Assembly: GCA_051313645.2 (NCBI GenBank)
Contig: JBNRSN020000003.1
Coordinates: 442,370,001 to 442,434,000, forward strand
Direction of reading: 5' to 3'
DNA: 64,000 bases
Source of the DNA: Centroscyllium fabricii
Lineage: Eukaryota
Below, piece after piece: positions 1-12,861 of this stretch. Each line of letters begins with the position of its first letter. Within the stretch, counting starts at the first letter, position 1. The position numbers and the translations under genes were made by a program. The notes below the pieces were generated by a model. The model was not told the DNA's origin, searched no databases, and worked only from the letters and a program-made list of their open reading frames with translations.

Positions 1-244
1 CTTTTGGAACAGACATGAAAGCGAGGTCCAATCTACTTGCTTAGCTGGGTGTTAAAGCTGAAAGTAATCTGGAAGGACGAAATCAAATAGGTCAAGGAAC
101 CTTCTTCACCTAAACTTATCCTGTGACCCCGACATTTTGGGAGCTTTCGACTATTTTAGTGTTTCTTCCGAAGGTAAAAATGTACAAGCAGCTGTTTGCC
201 GTGTTAAAATTTATGGGTGTTTGTTTTCTCTGTGTTGGTAAAAG

Positions 245-305
245 AAGTCTATGAGCCAAGCGGTTCGAGTACGATGGTGGAGTATCAACAACGGCTTTTC
301 AATCC
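245..305 (+). other. Possible small exon in unique sequence
   Basis: Pyrimidine tract then aaag| acceptor and a CC|gtgagt donor; two frames open; product not recognised. Confidence 0.25.
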
Positions 306-430
306 GTGAGTTTCATACCTTAGGTCGTAGCGCTCCAAGGGCTTCAGGGACTGTTGGTGAGGTGCCTCAACTTGTTGATGAGCCAATGCAACAAGATACT
401 GAGGAGACAGAGTTACAGTACATTTACCCA

Positions 431-783
431 ATCCCTTGTTTTCAAAGCTCTCCATGGCCTCGCCCCTCCCTATCTCTACAACCTCCTCCAGCTCTGCGCT
501 CCTCCAATTCTGGTTTTAAGCATCCCCGATTGTTAATCGTTCCAACATTGATAGTCGTGCCTTCAGCTGCCTGGGCCCCTAAGCCTAGAATTCCCCCTCT
601 ACCTCTCTCCTCCATTTTAAGATGCTCCTTTAAAACCTACCTCTTCGACCAAGCTTTTGGTCAACTGTCCGAGTATCTCCTTATGTGGCTTGGTGCCAAA
701 TTTTGGTTGCTAACACTCCTGTGAAGCGCCTTGGGACATTTTACTATGTCAAAGGCGATGCATAAATGTAAGTTACTGTTGTT
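431..783 (+). mobile_element. L2 LINE 3' fragment
   Basis: LVFKALHGLAPPYL-type L2 ORF2 C-terminus; 3' tail resembles the aaaggcgctat..aaatgcaagt tail of the DeuSINE copies. Confidence 0.8.
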
Positions 784-1044
784 ACTGTGGAATCCACCAA
801 ACAGAAGAATTGTGGGAGATCCCACTGCACTAGATGATCTCCATTGTGTAGGTATATCAGATGGGATGCCACTTGAAATGGTTTCATAAACAATGGCTGG
901 AATCTATAAAGGTGATTATGAGTTTGCAACATGCAGTCCATACCAGTAGTTCCCTTACCCCGGCATAACAGGAGAATGAAATCATTTAAACAGAGGGACC
1001 TGGGAGTTAATCTGCATAGGTCCCTGAAGGTTGCGGGACATATT

Positions 1045-2036
1045 GGCCGAAAAATTGGTCAGTGCACGGATTGGGGCGCTAACCTCGGCGCAGCGCTAAA
1101 ATTAGCGCCGGGCGCAAATTGGTGCTGGAGCTCCCGATATTGGGTTTAGCGCCGGCCTTACAGAATGCAGCGCTAAATCTAGCGTTGCATGGCTGCGAAC
1201 GGCCAATTTCCTGGCGCTAATTGGCAGTCACGGGTGCAGCGCTCCTTCAGCCACTCCTGCCCTTCCCACGAACTCTGGCGCTGGACAGGTCTTAAAGGGG
1301 GGGCGGTAAACAGTACATGATGTCTCCAAACCTCCCTCGGCATCTCCACGATCTCTGCCCACCTCCCTCGGCATCTCCCCGATCTCTGGCCAACCTCCAT
1401 CTGCTTCTCCCCGATCTCTGCCTACCTCTCTCGGCATCTCCACGATCTCTGCCCACCTCCCTCGGCATCTGCCTGATCTCTGGCCGACCTCCGTCTGCTT
1501 CTCCCCGATCTCTGTCCACCTCTCTTAGCATCTCCACGATCTCTGCCCACCTCCCTCGGCATCTCCCCGATCTCTGGCCAACCTCCGTCTGCTTCTGCCC
1601 GATCTCTGTCCACATCTCTCAGCATCTCCACGATCTCTGACCACCTCCCTCGGCTTCTCCCTGATCTCTGACCACTTTCCTCGGCATCTCCCCGATATCT
1701 GCCGACCTCCGTCTGCTTCTTCCCGATCTCGGACGAAAAGGCAACCGAACAAAAGGGAGAAAGTGTCTCCCTTTAAGCAGCACCGCAGCGGCTCCACAGA
1801 GCCTCCACAGCGCTTCCCAAAGCTGGCGCGGGCAGCGCTGCGCCAGGGGTGGTCGCGCAAAGGGAAATTTCGGGTGCAGCCCAGTTGGCGGGCATTGCAC
1901 CAGGATATGCACAAGGATTGCCGGTCGCCAAGTAGCGCGCACTAATCGCTTGCCGAATTTAGCACCCGGCGCTAAAACCTCTAGCGCCCATTTTCGGGTG
2001 CTAATTGGCAGGCGCTAGAGTGCCAATTTTTCGGCC
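1045..2036. mobile_element. Non-autonomous DNA transposon (3-bp TSD, PIF/Harbinger-like)
   Basis: Perfect 14-bp TIR GGCCGAAAAATTGG/CCAATTTTTCGGCC, ATT duplicated on both sides, splits a CR1 copy. Confidence 0.85.
1329..1730. repeat. 31-32 bp C-rich minisatellite with 94-bp higher-order period
   Basis: Unit cacctccctcggcatctccacgatctctgcc; the variant ctgcttc unit recurs at 1391, 1485, 1579 and 1703. Confidence 0.9.
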
Positions 2037-2345
2037 ATTGAGAGGGTGGTTGGCAAAGCATATGGGATCTTGAGCTTCATAAATAGAAGTATTGAGTACA
2101 AAAGTAGAGAAGCTATGCTGAACCTTTATAAAGTGCTGGTTAGACCACAACTAGAGTATTGTGTCCAGTTCTGGTCACCACACTTTAGGAAGGATGTGAA
2201 GGCCCTTGAGAGGGTGCAGAGGAGATTTACCAGAATGGTTCCAGGCGATGGGGGATCTTAGCTACAAGGACAGGTTGGAGAAGCTGGATTTGTTTTCATT
2301 AGAGCAAAGGTTGCGGGCTGATTTGATGGAGGTGTACAAGATCAG

Positions 2346-2731
2346 GGTGGCATAGTGGTTAGCACTGTTGCCTTACAGCACTAGAGACCCGGGTTCAAAT
2401 CCAGCCTCGGGTACTATCTGTGTGGAGTTTGCACATTCTCCCCGTGTCTGCATGGGTTTCCTCCGGTTTCCTCCCACAGTCCAAAGATATGCGGATTAGG
2501 TTGATTGGCCATGATAAATTGACCCTTAGTGTTAGGGGGATTGAATATGTGGGGTTACGGGGATAAGGTGGGAAATGTGTCGGTGCAGGTTCGATAGGGA
2601 TCGAGGGATATGGGGACAAGGCAGGGACAGGGTACTGGGTTTGGATGATCAGCCATGATCTCATTGAATGGTGGAGCAGGTTCGAAGGGCCGAATGGCCT
2701 ACTCCTGCTCCTATCTTCTATGTTTCTATGT
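2346..2731 (+). mobile_element. HE1-like V-SINE, long-tail form
   Basis: tRNA-like A/B boxes, V-domain gtggagtttgcacattctcccc, CR1 tail ending ctatgtttctatg. Confidence 0.9.
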
Positions 2732-3954
2732 TTGGATAGGCTAGATGGGGAAAGGCTGTTCCCACTAGTAGATGGTACAAGGACTAGGGGACACAGATTT
2801 AAGGTTTTGGGCAAGAGATACAAGGGGGGATATGAGGAAAAACTTTTTACGGTGAGGACCTTGAACTCCCTGGCGACAGAAGTGGTGGAAGCGGGGACAC
2901 TCAATGATTTCAAGGGGAGACTGGATAAGCATTTGAGGGAAATAAACCTGCAGGGCTACGGGGATAGAGCGGGGGAATGGGACTGACTGGATTGCTCTAC
3001 AGAGAGCCGGCACGGACTCGATGGGCCGAATGACTTCCTGTGCCATTATGACTCTCTGACTAAGTCATGTCCACTTGGAAAAGCCCTGGTATCTAATTCC
3101 GAGCTGGTACCAAATACCACCATTTTTTTTAAGCGAGCCTCACTGGGTAGCTGTACTGTAGAATTCAAGTGGAATTTTTACTGCAGTCAACTCGCATTCC
3201 TTTCAAGCCTTCACACGCTGGAAACCCTGATCTATTGGTGGTGGGGACACTGCTCTCGCACCTGTGATATTCACTCTCGGGCAGCACACTCGCTGAATCA
3301 CACCTGTTCTTTACAGCTCCGAAACACTCCTGGGTTTTTATTAGGTCATAAAAGAAAAACCCACACGCGACGAGAGGTGCAATCGTCCAATTTAATCCCA
3401 GCTGTGTTGTAAACCAGATGTAAGCGGAGTTGGATTTTTATTTTAGACCATTCTGAAAGGCACAGCAAGGTGAGCAAGTACGCTCCTCTTTATTATAGAG
3501 CAAAAGGCGGCATCTGTTTCACGGTAGGTGTCCTTGTTGCCTTCTGGTTCATTAACATTGTTAGTTGAAAGATTTTGTTTTTGCTTTTTTACTACACCAG
3601 GTTGTGAGTTTAGCTCTGACTCCTTGTACTGTACTTAAAATATTAAATGGAACGGATGCACGAAGCATGTTGTATCTGATCATTGGACCAGGTGAATTGA
3701 TGGTCTGAAGGCTGTTTGTGATCTTAAATTCATCCCTAGAATGGGTTCAGGCAGAATGGGATTGAACAATGTTATCTATGTATGGGGATATGATTTATAA
3801 CATTCCATTGTTATGTAACATAGAAGATAGGAGTAGACCATTCGGCCTCTCGAGCCTGCTCCGCCATTCAATGAGATCATGGCTGATCATCCAAATTCAG
3901 TACCCTGTCCCTGCCTTCTCCCCATATCCCTTGATCACTTTAGCCTTAAGACAT

Positions 3955-4433
3955 ATATATATAAGAGCAGGGAGGTTATGATGGAGCTGTACAAAATGCT
4001 AGTTAGGCCACAGCTGGAGTACTGTGTGCAGTTCTGGTCGCCGCACGAGAGGAAGGATGTGATTGCTTTGGAGAGGGTGCAGAGGAGATTCACCAGGATG
4101 TTACCTGGGCTGCAGCGCTTCAGCTATGATGAGAGACTGGACAGGCTGGGGTTGCTTTCCTTAGAGCAGAGAAGGCTGAGGGGGGGACCTGATTGAGGTG
4201 TACAAAATTATGAGGGGCATAGATAGGGGTAGATAGAAAGGAACTTTTTCCCTTAGTAGAAGGGTCAATAACCAGGGGGCATAGTTTCAAGGTAAGGGGC
4301 AGGAGGTTTAGGAGGGATTTGAGGAAGAACTTTTTCACCCAGAGGGTGGTTGGAATCTGGAACTCACTGCCTGAAAGGGTGGTCGAGGCAGGAACCCTCA
4401 CAACATTAAAGAAGCATTTAGATGGGCACTTGA
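3955..4433 (+). mobile_element. CR1 LINE fragment (an opposite-strand CR1 tail lies at 3818-3950)
   Basis: [28 protein letters not shown]. Confidence 0.9.
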
Positions 4434-4994
4434 GAAAGACTTACGTTTCTAAAGCACCTTTCACAACCCCAAGGCATCTCAAAGTGCATTTACAGCTCAT
4501 GGGGTGCTTTTGAAGTGTGGTTGCTGTTATAGTCACTGCTGTAATGAAGGAAACATTAAGAAAATAATTCAGCTTAAAATGAAATACCCAACACTAATTA
4601 GATTTACTTGTACGTTAGCATACCCCTCAATGGGCTGAAATTTAAATGATTAAATTGAGATTTCAATGGTTGTGCCGAATGGTCAAATCAAGTTCGGGCA
4701 TCGTTGTCCATCACGTTATTGCACGCAGCATTTTCTCGTCTCTGGTTTTGCAACCGCTTTTTCCTTTTTGCGTCCCTACATTGCAGCAGCGACGACACTT
4801 CAGAAGTACTTCATTGGCTGTAAAACACCTTGGGATGTCCTGAGGTCGTGAAAGGCGCTATTGAAATGCAAGTCTTTCTTTCTATCCTTACAGCTGCACA
4901 CCATTCCACAGCGAAGACTGGTTGAAGATGACTGGGTCCCACCGCACTGCCTTTTGATTCTTGTAAACCAGATAATAAGTGGACCAAGTTAAAA

Positions 4995-5460
4995 GAAAAG
5001 AAAGACTTGCATTTCTGTAGCGCCTTTCACGAGCACTGGATGTCTCAAAGTGCTTTACAGCCAATGAAGAATGAAGTGTAGTCACTGTTGTAATGTGGGA
5101 AACGTGGCAGCCAATTTGCCCACAGCAAGCTCCCACAAACAGCAATGTGCTAATGATCAGACAATCTGTTTTACTGATGTTGATTGAGGGATAAATATTG
5201 GCCAGGACACCGGGGAGAACTCCCCTGCTCTTCTTCGAAATAGTGCCCGTGGGATCTTTTACGCCCACCTGAGAAGGCAGACAGGGTCTTGGTTTAACGT
5301 CTCATCTGAAAGACGGCACCTCTGACAGTGCAGCACTCCCTCAGCACTGCACTGGAGTGTCAGCCTAGCTTTATATGCTCAAGCCGCTGGAGTGGGATTA
5401 TGAACCCACAACCTCCTGACTCCGAGGCGAGGGTGCTACCCACTGAGCCACAGCTGACAC
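4995..5460 (-). mobile_element. SacSINE/DeuSINE-like SINE, full length
   Basis: tRNA-like head gtcagctgtggctcagtgggtagc, Deu-like core, L2-like tail; many similar copies in the window. Confidence 0.85.
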
Positions 5461-6566
5461 TAAAGTGCAAGGGTTAATCCCCATCCCCCTTAATTATTTA
5501 ATTTTCCCCTCAAAACAAATAGGGAGCCTATGGCGATAAATTATCAATCAGGGAACATTGACTGTGAGCCAAAACGCTTCGTGTATCTCTTGTGTTTGAA
5601 ATTGGCTTATCTGGCTGCTCCCTTTCCTGGGGAAATGAGATATTCTATAAAGACATACAGAAATAATTTAGAAACATTAAAATATGGATTGAAGCTCCGC
5701 AGTGTTGAACTTTAACCAAGAATTCAATTTTTAGACTCTCCAGCGTTGATCATTCTATTTTTACTTTGAGTTTGAGCTGATGTGTTAATTGTGAAACTGC
5801 GGTACCTCCTTGGAACGAATCTCCTGCTCGAGTTGGCAGGGAGAGCTCTCGCTTGATCTTAATGACCAGATTATGAAGCCATTTGACCCGTCTCTGAAGC
5901 ACAGAACTGCTGCAACAGTTTGTGCTGTTTACCTGACCCCTCGTACCTGACATTGCACCTTGCATGTTCCTTGAAGGGGAATAGTCATCATCTGAATGTG
6001 GCACTTCATTCTCAATAGTCCCATTTGCCTCAAGGTGCCAGAGGTTCTACCTTGCAGAATTGGTTCTACAATATTGCCAAAAGGTCCTTCTGCCTTTAGA
6101 TATATCCAGCTGTTTTTCCTGTTGTTGTGGAATGGACTGTGTAATCTGTAAACAGTTGGGGAATAAAGTAGATGACTTGTACAAATAAAAGGGAATATTG
6201 AATAATTTTAATGCATTTTTTTTGCTGAATGAAAACTCCTTTCACATCCTCAGGAAATCCCAAAGTGTTTCACAGCCAATTATCTTTTTGAAGTGGAGTC
6301 AGAGTTGTAATGTAGGTGAGCGCAGATAATCTGATTTTTATAAGTAGTATTGGCTGAGAGAAATGTTGGCCAGAACACTCTAGCTATGGGAAAGAATAGG
6401 GCAGTGGGACTAATTGGATAGCTCTTCACCGAGCCGGCACAGAGACAGTGGGCTGAATGGCCTCTTCCCGTGCTCTATGACTCTCCTGCTCCTCTTCGAA
6501 TACTGCCATAGGATCTTTTACATCAACTATAAAAAAAAATTAAAAAAGTGGTAGGACCTCAGTAAT

Positions 6567-8052
6567 TTGATGAGGAGAAACTTCTTCACCCAGAGGGTGG
6601 TGAACCTGTGGAATTCTCTGCCACAGAAGCCTGTGGAGGCCAAGTCATAGAATCATAGAGTTTTACAGCACAGAAAGAGGCCCTTCGGCCCATCTTGTCT
6701 GCACTGGCCATCAAACCATTTCTATTCTAATCCCATTTTCCAGCACTTGGTCCGTAGCCTTGTATGCTATGACATCTCAAGTGCGCATCCAAATGCCTCT
6801 TGAATGTTGTGAGGGTTCCTGCCTCTACCACCCTTCCAGGCAGCGAGTTCCAGACTCCAACCACCCCTCTGGATGAAAAAGTTCCTCCTCAATTCCCTCC
6901 TAAACTTACTGCCCCTTATCTTGAAACTATGCCCCCTGGTTATTGACCCCTCTACTAAGGGAAAAAGTTCCTTTCTATCTACCCTATCTATGCCCCTCAT
7001 AATTTTGTACACCTCGATCAGGTCCCCCCCTCAGCCTTCTCTGCTCCAAGGAAAACAACCCCAGCCTGTCCAGTCTCGCTTCATAGCTGAAGCTCTCCAG
7101 CCCAGGTAACATCCTGGTGAATCTCCTCTGCACCCTCTCCAAAGCAATCACATCTTTCCTATAGTGTGGCAACCGGAACTGCACACAGTACTCCAGCTGT
7201 GGCCTTACTAGCTATTTATTTTCTATATTATATATTTAATACAGGTTGAGCACCGTTAATCCGATAACCGAAAAGCCGGCAACTTCAATCGTCCGGCATA
7301 AATAGCCCCGACTGTCCTGTGCACGCGCAAAATGGCTGCCGCGATCGATGCTTCGGTGAATGATCTGCGCATGCGCCGCCGAGCGCATGCGCAGATCATT
7401 CGAAATGGCCGCCAGAGGCTGGACAGACCTTTGCCTCCTCATTCGTGCGCCACCGAACGGTAAGGATCTGCTGCTTGCTCCGGCCTCACTCCCTCAGCGC
7501 TGCCCGGGACCAGGCTCTACTAACTTGTTAGTGCTGTGCTGGGTCTGCAGCCTGGGCCTCAATTTATGGTTGTGAGCCGGGGTGGGGGGAGAGTCCCATC
7601 CTGTCTGCCTGGTGAGCCGAGCTGAGCCGAGGGATCTTTGCACGGCGGGTTCTGGGCAGCTGGAGCTACACTGCAGGTGATCAAAACTTCCGGCGGACAT
7701 TTCCAATGTTGTGCGCATGTGCACTGGCCGGCTTCATTCTCCCGTTTTTTTCGATATACCGGCGCAGGCCTAGTCCCGCCCGTGCCGAATTAACGGTGCA
7801 CAACCTGTTTATATATTAAATATATAAAATATATATTTAATACCTGTATAAAGAAAATATTATATTAGTCACTGAATATATTTAAGGAGATAGATAGATT
7901 TTTAGACACAAAACGCATAAAGGGATATGGGGAGAGAACGGAAATATGGTATTGAGATAGGGGATCAGTCGTGATCTCATTGAATGACGAAGCAGGCTCG
8001 AAGGGCCAAATGGACTACTCCTGCTCCTATTTTTCTATGCTTCTATGTTTCT
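6567..8052 (+). mobile_element. CR1 3' fragment split by a minus-strand CR1 (6646-7212) and a MITE
   Basis: Host reads ggccaagtca|...|agtcactgaatatatttaag; nested copy carries [16 protein letters not shown]. Confidence 0.8.
7242..7807. mobile_element. Tigger/pogo-like MITE
   Basis: TA-CAGGTTGAGCACCGTTAAT ... ATTAACGGTGCACAACCTG terminal inverted repeats. Confidence 0.8.
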
Positions 8053-8308
8053 AATTTCTCATCCGAAAGATGGCACCACCGACAATGCAGCACTCCCCCC
8101 GTACTGCGCCCAAGTATCAGTTTGGATCATGTGCTCAAATCACTGGAGCGGGACTTGAACCCACAACCTTCTGACTCGGAGGCAAGGATGCAGAGACACA
8201 AATAAATTATTTACTTAGCTCTCAATTATAAACCATAGAAACCGTGAATGTGGGGGGATTAAGAGCCACCAGTGAGAATGCAGGCTTTCCCTTTTGAGAT
8301 TTAGGTGG

Positions 8309-8769
8309 GTCAGCCGTGGCTCAGTGGGTAGCACCCTCGCCTCTGAGTTAGGAGGTCGTGGGTTCGAGCCCCACTCCTGAAACCTGAGCGCAAAAATCTA
8401 GGCTGACACTCCAGTGCAGTGCTGAGGGAGTGCTGCACTGTCGGAGGTGCCGTCTTTTGGATGAGGCATTAAACCGAGGGCCCCGTCTGCCCCCTTGGGT
8501 GGGCGTAAAAGATTCTATTTCGAAGAGGAGCTGGGGGGGTTGGCGGTGGGGGTGAGTTATCCCGGTGTCCTGGGCCAATATTTATCTCCCAGCGTCACTA
8601 CAACGGGTCATTATCACATGACTGTTTGTGGGAGCTTGCTGTGCGCAAATTGGCTGCTGCGTTTCCCACATTACATCAGTGAGTACACTCCAAAAAGTAC
8701 TTCATTGGCTGTAAGGCGCTTTGGGACGTCCGGTGATCGTGAAAGGCGCTCTAGAAATGCAAGTCTTTC
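8309..8769 (+). mobile_element. SacSINE/DeuSINE-like SINE
   Basis: Same head, core and tail as 4995-5460. Confidence 0.85.
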
Positions 8770-9070
8770 GTTAGGATCCTGTGTTCAGTCTCTGCGAATG
8801 GTTGTCATTAGATTGAATTAGCCTGTCCCTTTTTGATGGATCAATTTCCCTGGTAATCTCTTCCATAACTATCAATCACTCTTTGGGTGAAAAAATTACC
8901 ACCTAATTTCTCCTTATCCTTAACGTCTGGGTATTTGAGCCATTTGTCACAGTAAACCTATATTTCATGAATCAGTTTTGTCGGTTCCTTTCATAAAGCC
9001 TTCAATTACGTCACTTTTGGGTTTCTTTTACAAAGAAAGCAAGGCCAAAATCCTTAACTTTTTCTAATAA

Positions 9071-9640
9071 CTTCTTCTTCTTTCGTGTATCGTCATTTTT
9101 CATATGTCCAGCTCCGTGTCGTGCAGCCACACCCTCGTCTCAGGTCCCACTCGGAAGAGGCCCTCCTCCGAAGGTGGTCTATGCAGGGGACAGGCGGTGG
9201 TAATGTGGTCGGCAGTCCGCTCCGGCTCCCCGCACTCACACGCCGCGCTGTCTGTCAGGCCCCACCTCTTCATGGAGGCCTTGAAGCAGCCGACCCCGGT
9301 GCGTAGGCGGTTCAGGAGGGTCCATTGCCGGCGGGGTAGGTCCTCTCCCTCAACGCCATCTCCAGGATCCCGGATGTATTGGTGCAGGCGTGTATGTCCT
9401 GCCGACTCCCACTCTTGCTTCCAGGCTACCGCCAGCCAGGCTTTCATTGTCCAGTCCTCCGGAGTAGAAACAAGCATCTCCCGTGCCGCCTTGCTGTATG
9501 GGTGGCGGGACTTGAGCCTGCATGGAGGTGCTGCCTTGGTTGTGGTATCATGGAGGAGGTGCCAGTCGTGTTCCTGTGCTTTCCTTGCCAGGGCGAGGGT
9601 AGCAGCCTCTCGCCGTAGGCCGGCTGGTGCAATTCCTGCT
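9071..9640 (-). mobile_element. Vingi/Ingi-like LINE 3' fragment
   Basis: LAGIAP..RR, WTLLNRLRTG..WG..CECG..TADHI..CP zinc knuckle, (GAA)n tail, 10-bp TSD ctaataactt (9064 and 9639). Confidence 0.75.
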
Positions 9641-10139
9641 AATAACTTATATCCAGATACCTGCAATCACCTTCGTTGCACCTCCTCTCTCTCTCTATCT
9701 ACCCTCTCAAATATCCTTCCTGTGGTTAGGTCATCAGAACTGCACGCACCAGTCCAGATTGGGATCTGGACTCTAACCTATACAGCAACCATAGATCCTG
9801 CTTTTTGTATAAGTGCCTGTCAAGGATACATAACCAGTTTCAGTAGTTTGCTGGGAGATTGACTCCGATTACAGTGAGTTCTGCTTCACGTGGCGTTCTT
9901 TCAAAACTACTGATCCCAGTCACTTTTTGAGGTTTTATTTAAAAAAACAAAGACTGAAATGACAAAGTAGCTTTACTCTATGTAGATTTCCCATTGTGGA
10001 AGAATATCCTTCACTGTGCTGCTGCACGTGACTCTTTGATCTGTCACCTGTGTTTTACTCTATTATAATGTATATTTTGCTGAAACAATATATACCTTAT
10101 AATAGAGTAAAACACAGGTGACTTTGCACGTCTCCAGCC

Positions 10140-11265
10140 CTCTCCAGAGCATCTGTCTGAGGCTGAACCACACTGTTCACAACCTTGGTGTCATATTTGA
10201 CCCTGAAATGAGCTTCTGGCCACACATCCGCAGCATAACTAAGACCGCCTATTTCCACCTCCAGAACCTCGCCAGTCTCCGCCCCTGCCTCAGCTCATCC
10301 GCTACTGAAACCCTCATCCGTGCCTTTGTTACAGATGACACGGTGGCGCAGTGGTTAGCACTGCTGCCTCGCAATAAGGAGCTCCTGGGTTTGAATCCTG
10401 CTTGGCCCGGGACCTCTCTGCGTGGAGTTTGCATGTTCTCCCCGTGTTCGTGTGGGTTTCCTTCGGGTACTCCGGTTTCCTCCCACCACCCAAAGACATG
10501 CAGGTTAGGTGAATTAAAGATACTAAAAATTGCCCATGAGTATGTGTGTGAGATATAGTTCTTAGAGTTGGGGGTGTCGGGGGATATGGGGAGAGGGCAG
10601 GAGGGGGTTGCTGGGTTTGGATGATCAGCCATGATCTCATCAAAATGGCGGAGCAGGCTCGAAGGGCCGAATGGCCTACTCCTGCTCCTATCTTCTGCTG
10701 CTGTGTTACCTCGAGACTTGACTATTCCAACGCACTCCTGGCCAGCCTCCCATGTTCTACCCTTCGTAAACTTGAGGTCATTCAAAGCTCGGCTGCCTGT
10801 GTCCTAACTCGCACCAAGTCCTGTTCACCCATCACCCCTGTGCTCGCTGACCTACACTGGCTCCCGGTTAAGCAATTCCTTGATTTCAAAATTCTCATCC
10901 TTGTTTTCAAATCCCTCGCCCCTCGCTATCTCTGTAATCTCCTCCAGCCCCACAACCTCCTGAGATATCTGCGCTCCTCTAATTCTGGCCTCTTCAGCAT
11001 CCCCAATTTTAATCACTCAACCATTGGTGGTTGTGCCTTCTGTTGCCTGGGTCCTAAGCTCTGAAATTCCCTCCACAAACCTCTCCGCCTCACTTTCCTC
11101 CTTTAAGACGCTCTTTAAAGCCTCTCTCTTTGACCAAGCATTTGGTTATCTGCCCTAATATCTCCTTATGTGGCTCAGTGTCAAATTTTGTTATGATAAC
11201 AGTCCTGTGAAGCGCCTTGGGACGTTTTGCTGTATTAAAGGCATTCTGTAAATGCAAGTTGTTGT
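10140..11265 (+). mobile_element. L2 LINE 3' fragment
   Basis: NLGVIFD..AFVT|SRLDYSNALL..LHWLPV; split by a V-SINE. Confidence 0.85.
10336..10700 (+). mobile_element. Second V-SINE family (also 53093-53455; 3' piece at ~43325-43448)
   Basis: Different tRNA-like head (gcaataaggagctcctgggtttgaatcc), V-domain, CR1 tail. Confidence 0.85.
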
Positions 11266-12284
11266 GATGAATGTCCCACACTGTACAGTATAATGCGGTC
11301 ACACGAAAGGATAGTGTGTGGAGACGAGCTTGTCATTTGCCTTTACATCGAGCCTTACAGTGAATTACTTTGAAGTGCGTTGATTGTTATGTAGGCAATT
11401 GTGGCAGCCATTTTGGCAGAGGAAGATTCCACAAAGAGCACTGAGATTAGCGACCGGTTAATCAGTGCTTGGGTGGTGGTGTTGGCTGAAGGAGGATTGT
11501 TGGCCGGGACACCAGGATAACCCCCTGTTTACCTTTGAGTCGTGCCACTGGAATCTTTAATGTCCACGAGAACCACCCAATCAGATTGGGGAGGCGGGGG
11601 CAGGGATATAGCTTTAATATGTCACCTGAAGGCAACATCTCCAACAATGCCGCGTTCTCAGTCGTGCGTTGGGTTTGCCACGCTAGTTGTACCAAAAATT
11701 AACATAACAAGAAATAGGAGCAGGAGTTGGTCATTCGGCCCCTCGAGCCTGCTCCGCCATTCAATGAGATCATGGCTGATCTGATCTTGGCCTCAATCCA
11801 CTTCCTTGCCCGCTCCCCATAACCCTCGACTCCCTTACCTTTCAAAAATCTGTCTATCTCCACCTTGAATATAGTCACTGACTCGGCCTCCACGGCTGTC
11901 TGGGGCAGAGAATTCCAAATATTCACGACCCTCAAAGAGAAGAAATTCCTCCCCATCTCCATCTTAAATGGGCGACCCCTTATTCTGAGACTATGACCCC
12001 TAGTTCTAGATTCCCCCACGAGGGGAAACAACCGCTCTGCATCCACCCGGTCAAGCCCCCTCAGAATCTTACGTTTCAATAAGATCCCCTCTCATTCTTC
12101 TAAACTCCAATGAGTATCGGCCCAACCTGTTCAACCTCATAAGACAACCCCTTCATCCCAGGAATCAATGTAGTGAACCTTCTCTGAACTGCCTCCAATG
12201 CAAGTCTATCCCCCCTTAAATAAGGAGACCAAAACTGTACGCAGTACTCCAGGTGTGGTCTCACCAACGTCCTGTACAGTTGTA

Positions 12285-12861
12285 AGAAGTCACACAACAC
12301 CAGGTTATAGTCCAGCAGTTTTATTTTAAATCACAAGCTTTCGGAGCTTCTGCCCCTTCGTCAGGTGAAAGAGAGACTGACTTAAAGAACGCACATATGG
12401 GAGGAAGGGAGAAATCCGATCTCTCCCACATCTCACCTTAGCAGAGATAGACAGAGCACTCAAAGGCGTATTAACATATTTTAACACATCAGTCTGAGAG
12501 CAATGAGGCACAGTCGCAAGGGGTCAAATGCTGCAAAACACACAGAATGATTTTTTTATAAAGGAATTTCCTTACAAGAGAAAGATGTCCCTAGTCTGGA
12601 TTGCTCTCAGACTGATGTGTTAAAATATGTTAATACGCCTTTGTGTGCTCTGTCTATCTCTGCTAAGGTGAGATGTGGGAGAGATCGGATTTCTCCCTTC
12701 CTCCCATATGTGCGTTCTTTAAGTCAGTCTCTCTTTCACCTGACGAAGGGGCAGAAGCTCCGAAAGCTTGTGATTTAAAATAAAACTGTTGGACTATAAT
12801 CTGGTGTTGTGTGACTTCTTGCAATTGTCCACCCCAGTCCAACACCGGCACCTCCACATCA
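12285..12861 (+). mobile_element. Penelope-like fold-back pLTR insertion
   Basis: ~220-bp inverted arms (about 12285-12504 and 12600-12820), unique ~38-nt 3' tail ending cctccacatca, TSD ctgtacagttgta. Confidence 0.9.
12736..12773 (+). ncRNA. Minimal type I hammerhead ribozyme (Penelope-associated); antisense copy at 12331-12368
   Basis: tcac-CTGACGA-a-ggggc agaa gctcc-GAAA-gc-tt-gtga: stem I, catalytic core, stem II and palindromic AGCT helix III. Confidence 0.8.

Larger units (their letters stand above)
991..3060 (+). mobile_element. CR1 (HER1-like) LINE 3' fragment interrupted by a MITE and a V-SINE
   Basis: QRDLGV..., [20 protein letters not shown] motifs; CR1 3' stem-loop tail. Confidence 0.9.

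Noticed and set aside
251-724. 157-aa ORF
   Set aside because: Runs through a likely splice donor and into an off-frame L2 fragment; chimeric
1179-1945. Cluster of repetitive ORFs on both strands
   Set aside because: Translations of the minisatellite inside a MITE
3317-3469. Possible small exons (3317-3376 and about 3447-3469)
   Set aside because: Splice-like signals are present, but there is no recognisable peptide and the longer form has stops in all frames
8309-8385. tRNA-like sequences here and at other SINE starts
   Set aside because: SINE heads continuous with SINE bodies, not tRNA genes
9104-9862. 252-aa plus-strand ORF
   Set aside because: Antisense shadow of the GC-rich Vingi-like ORF
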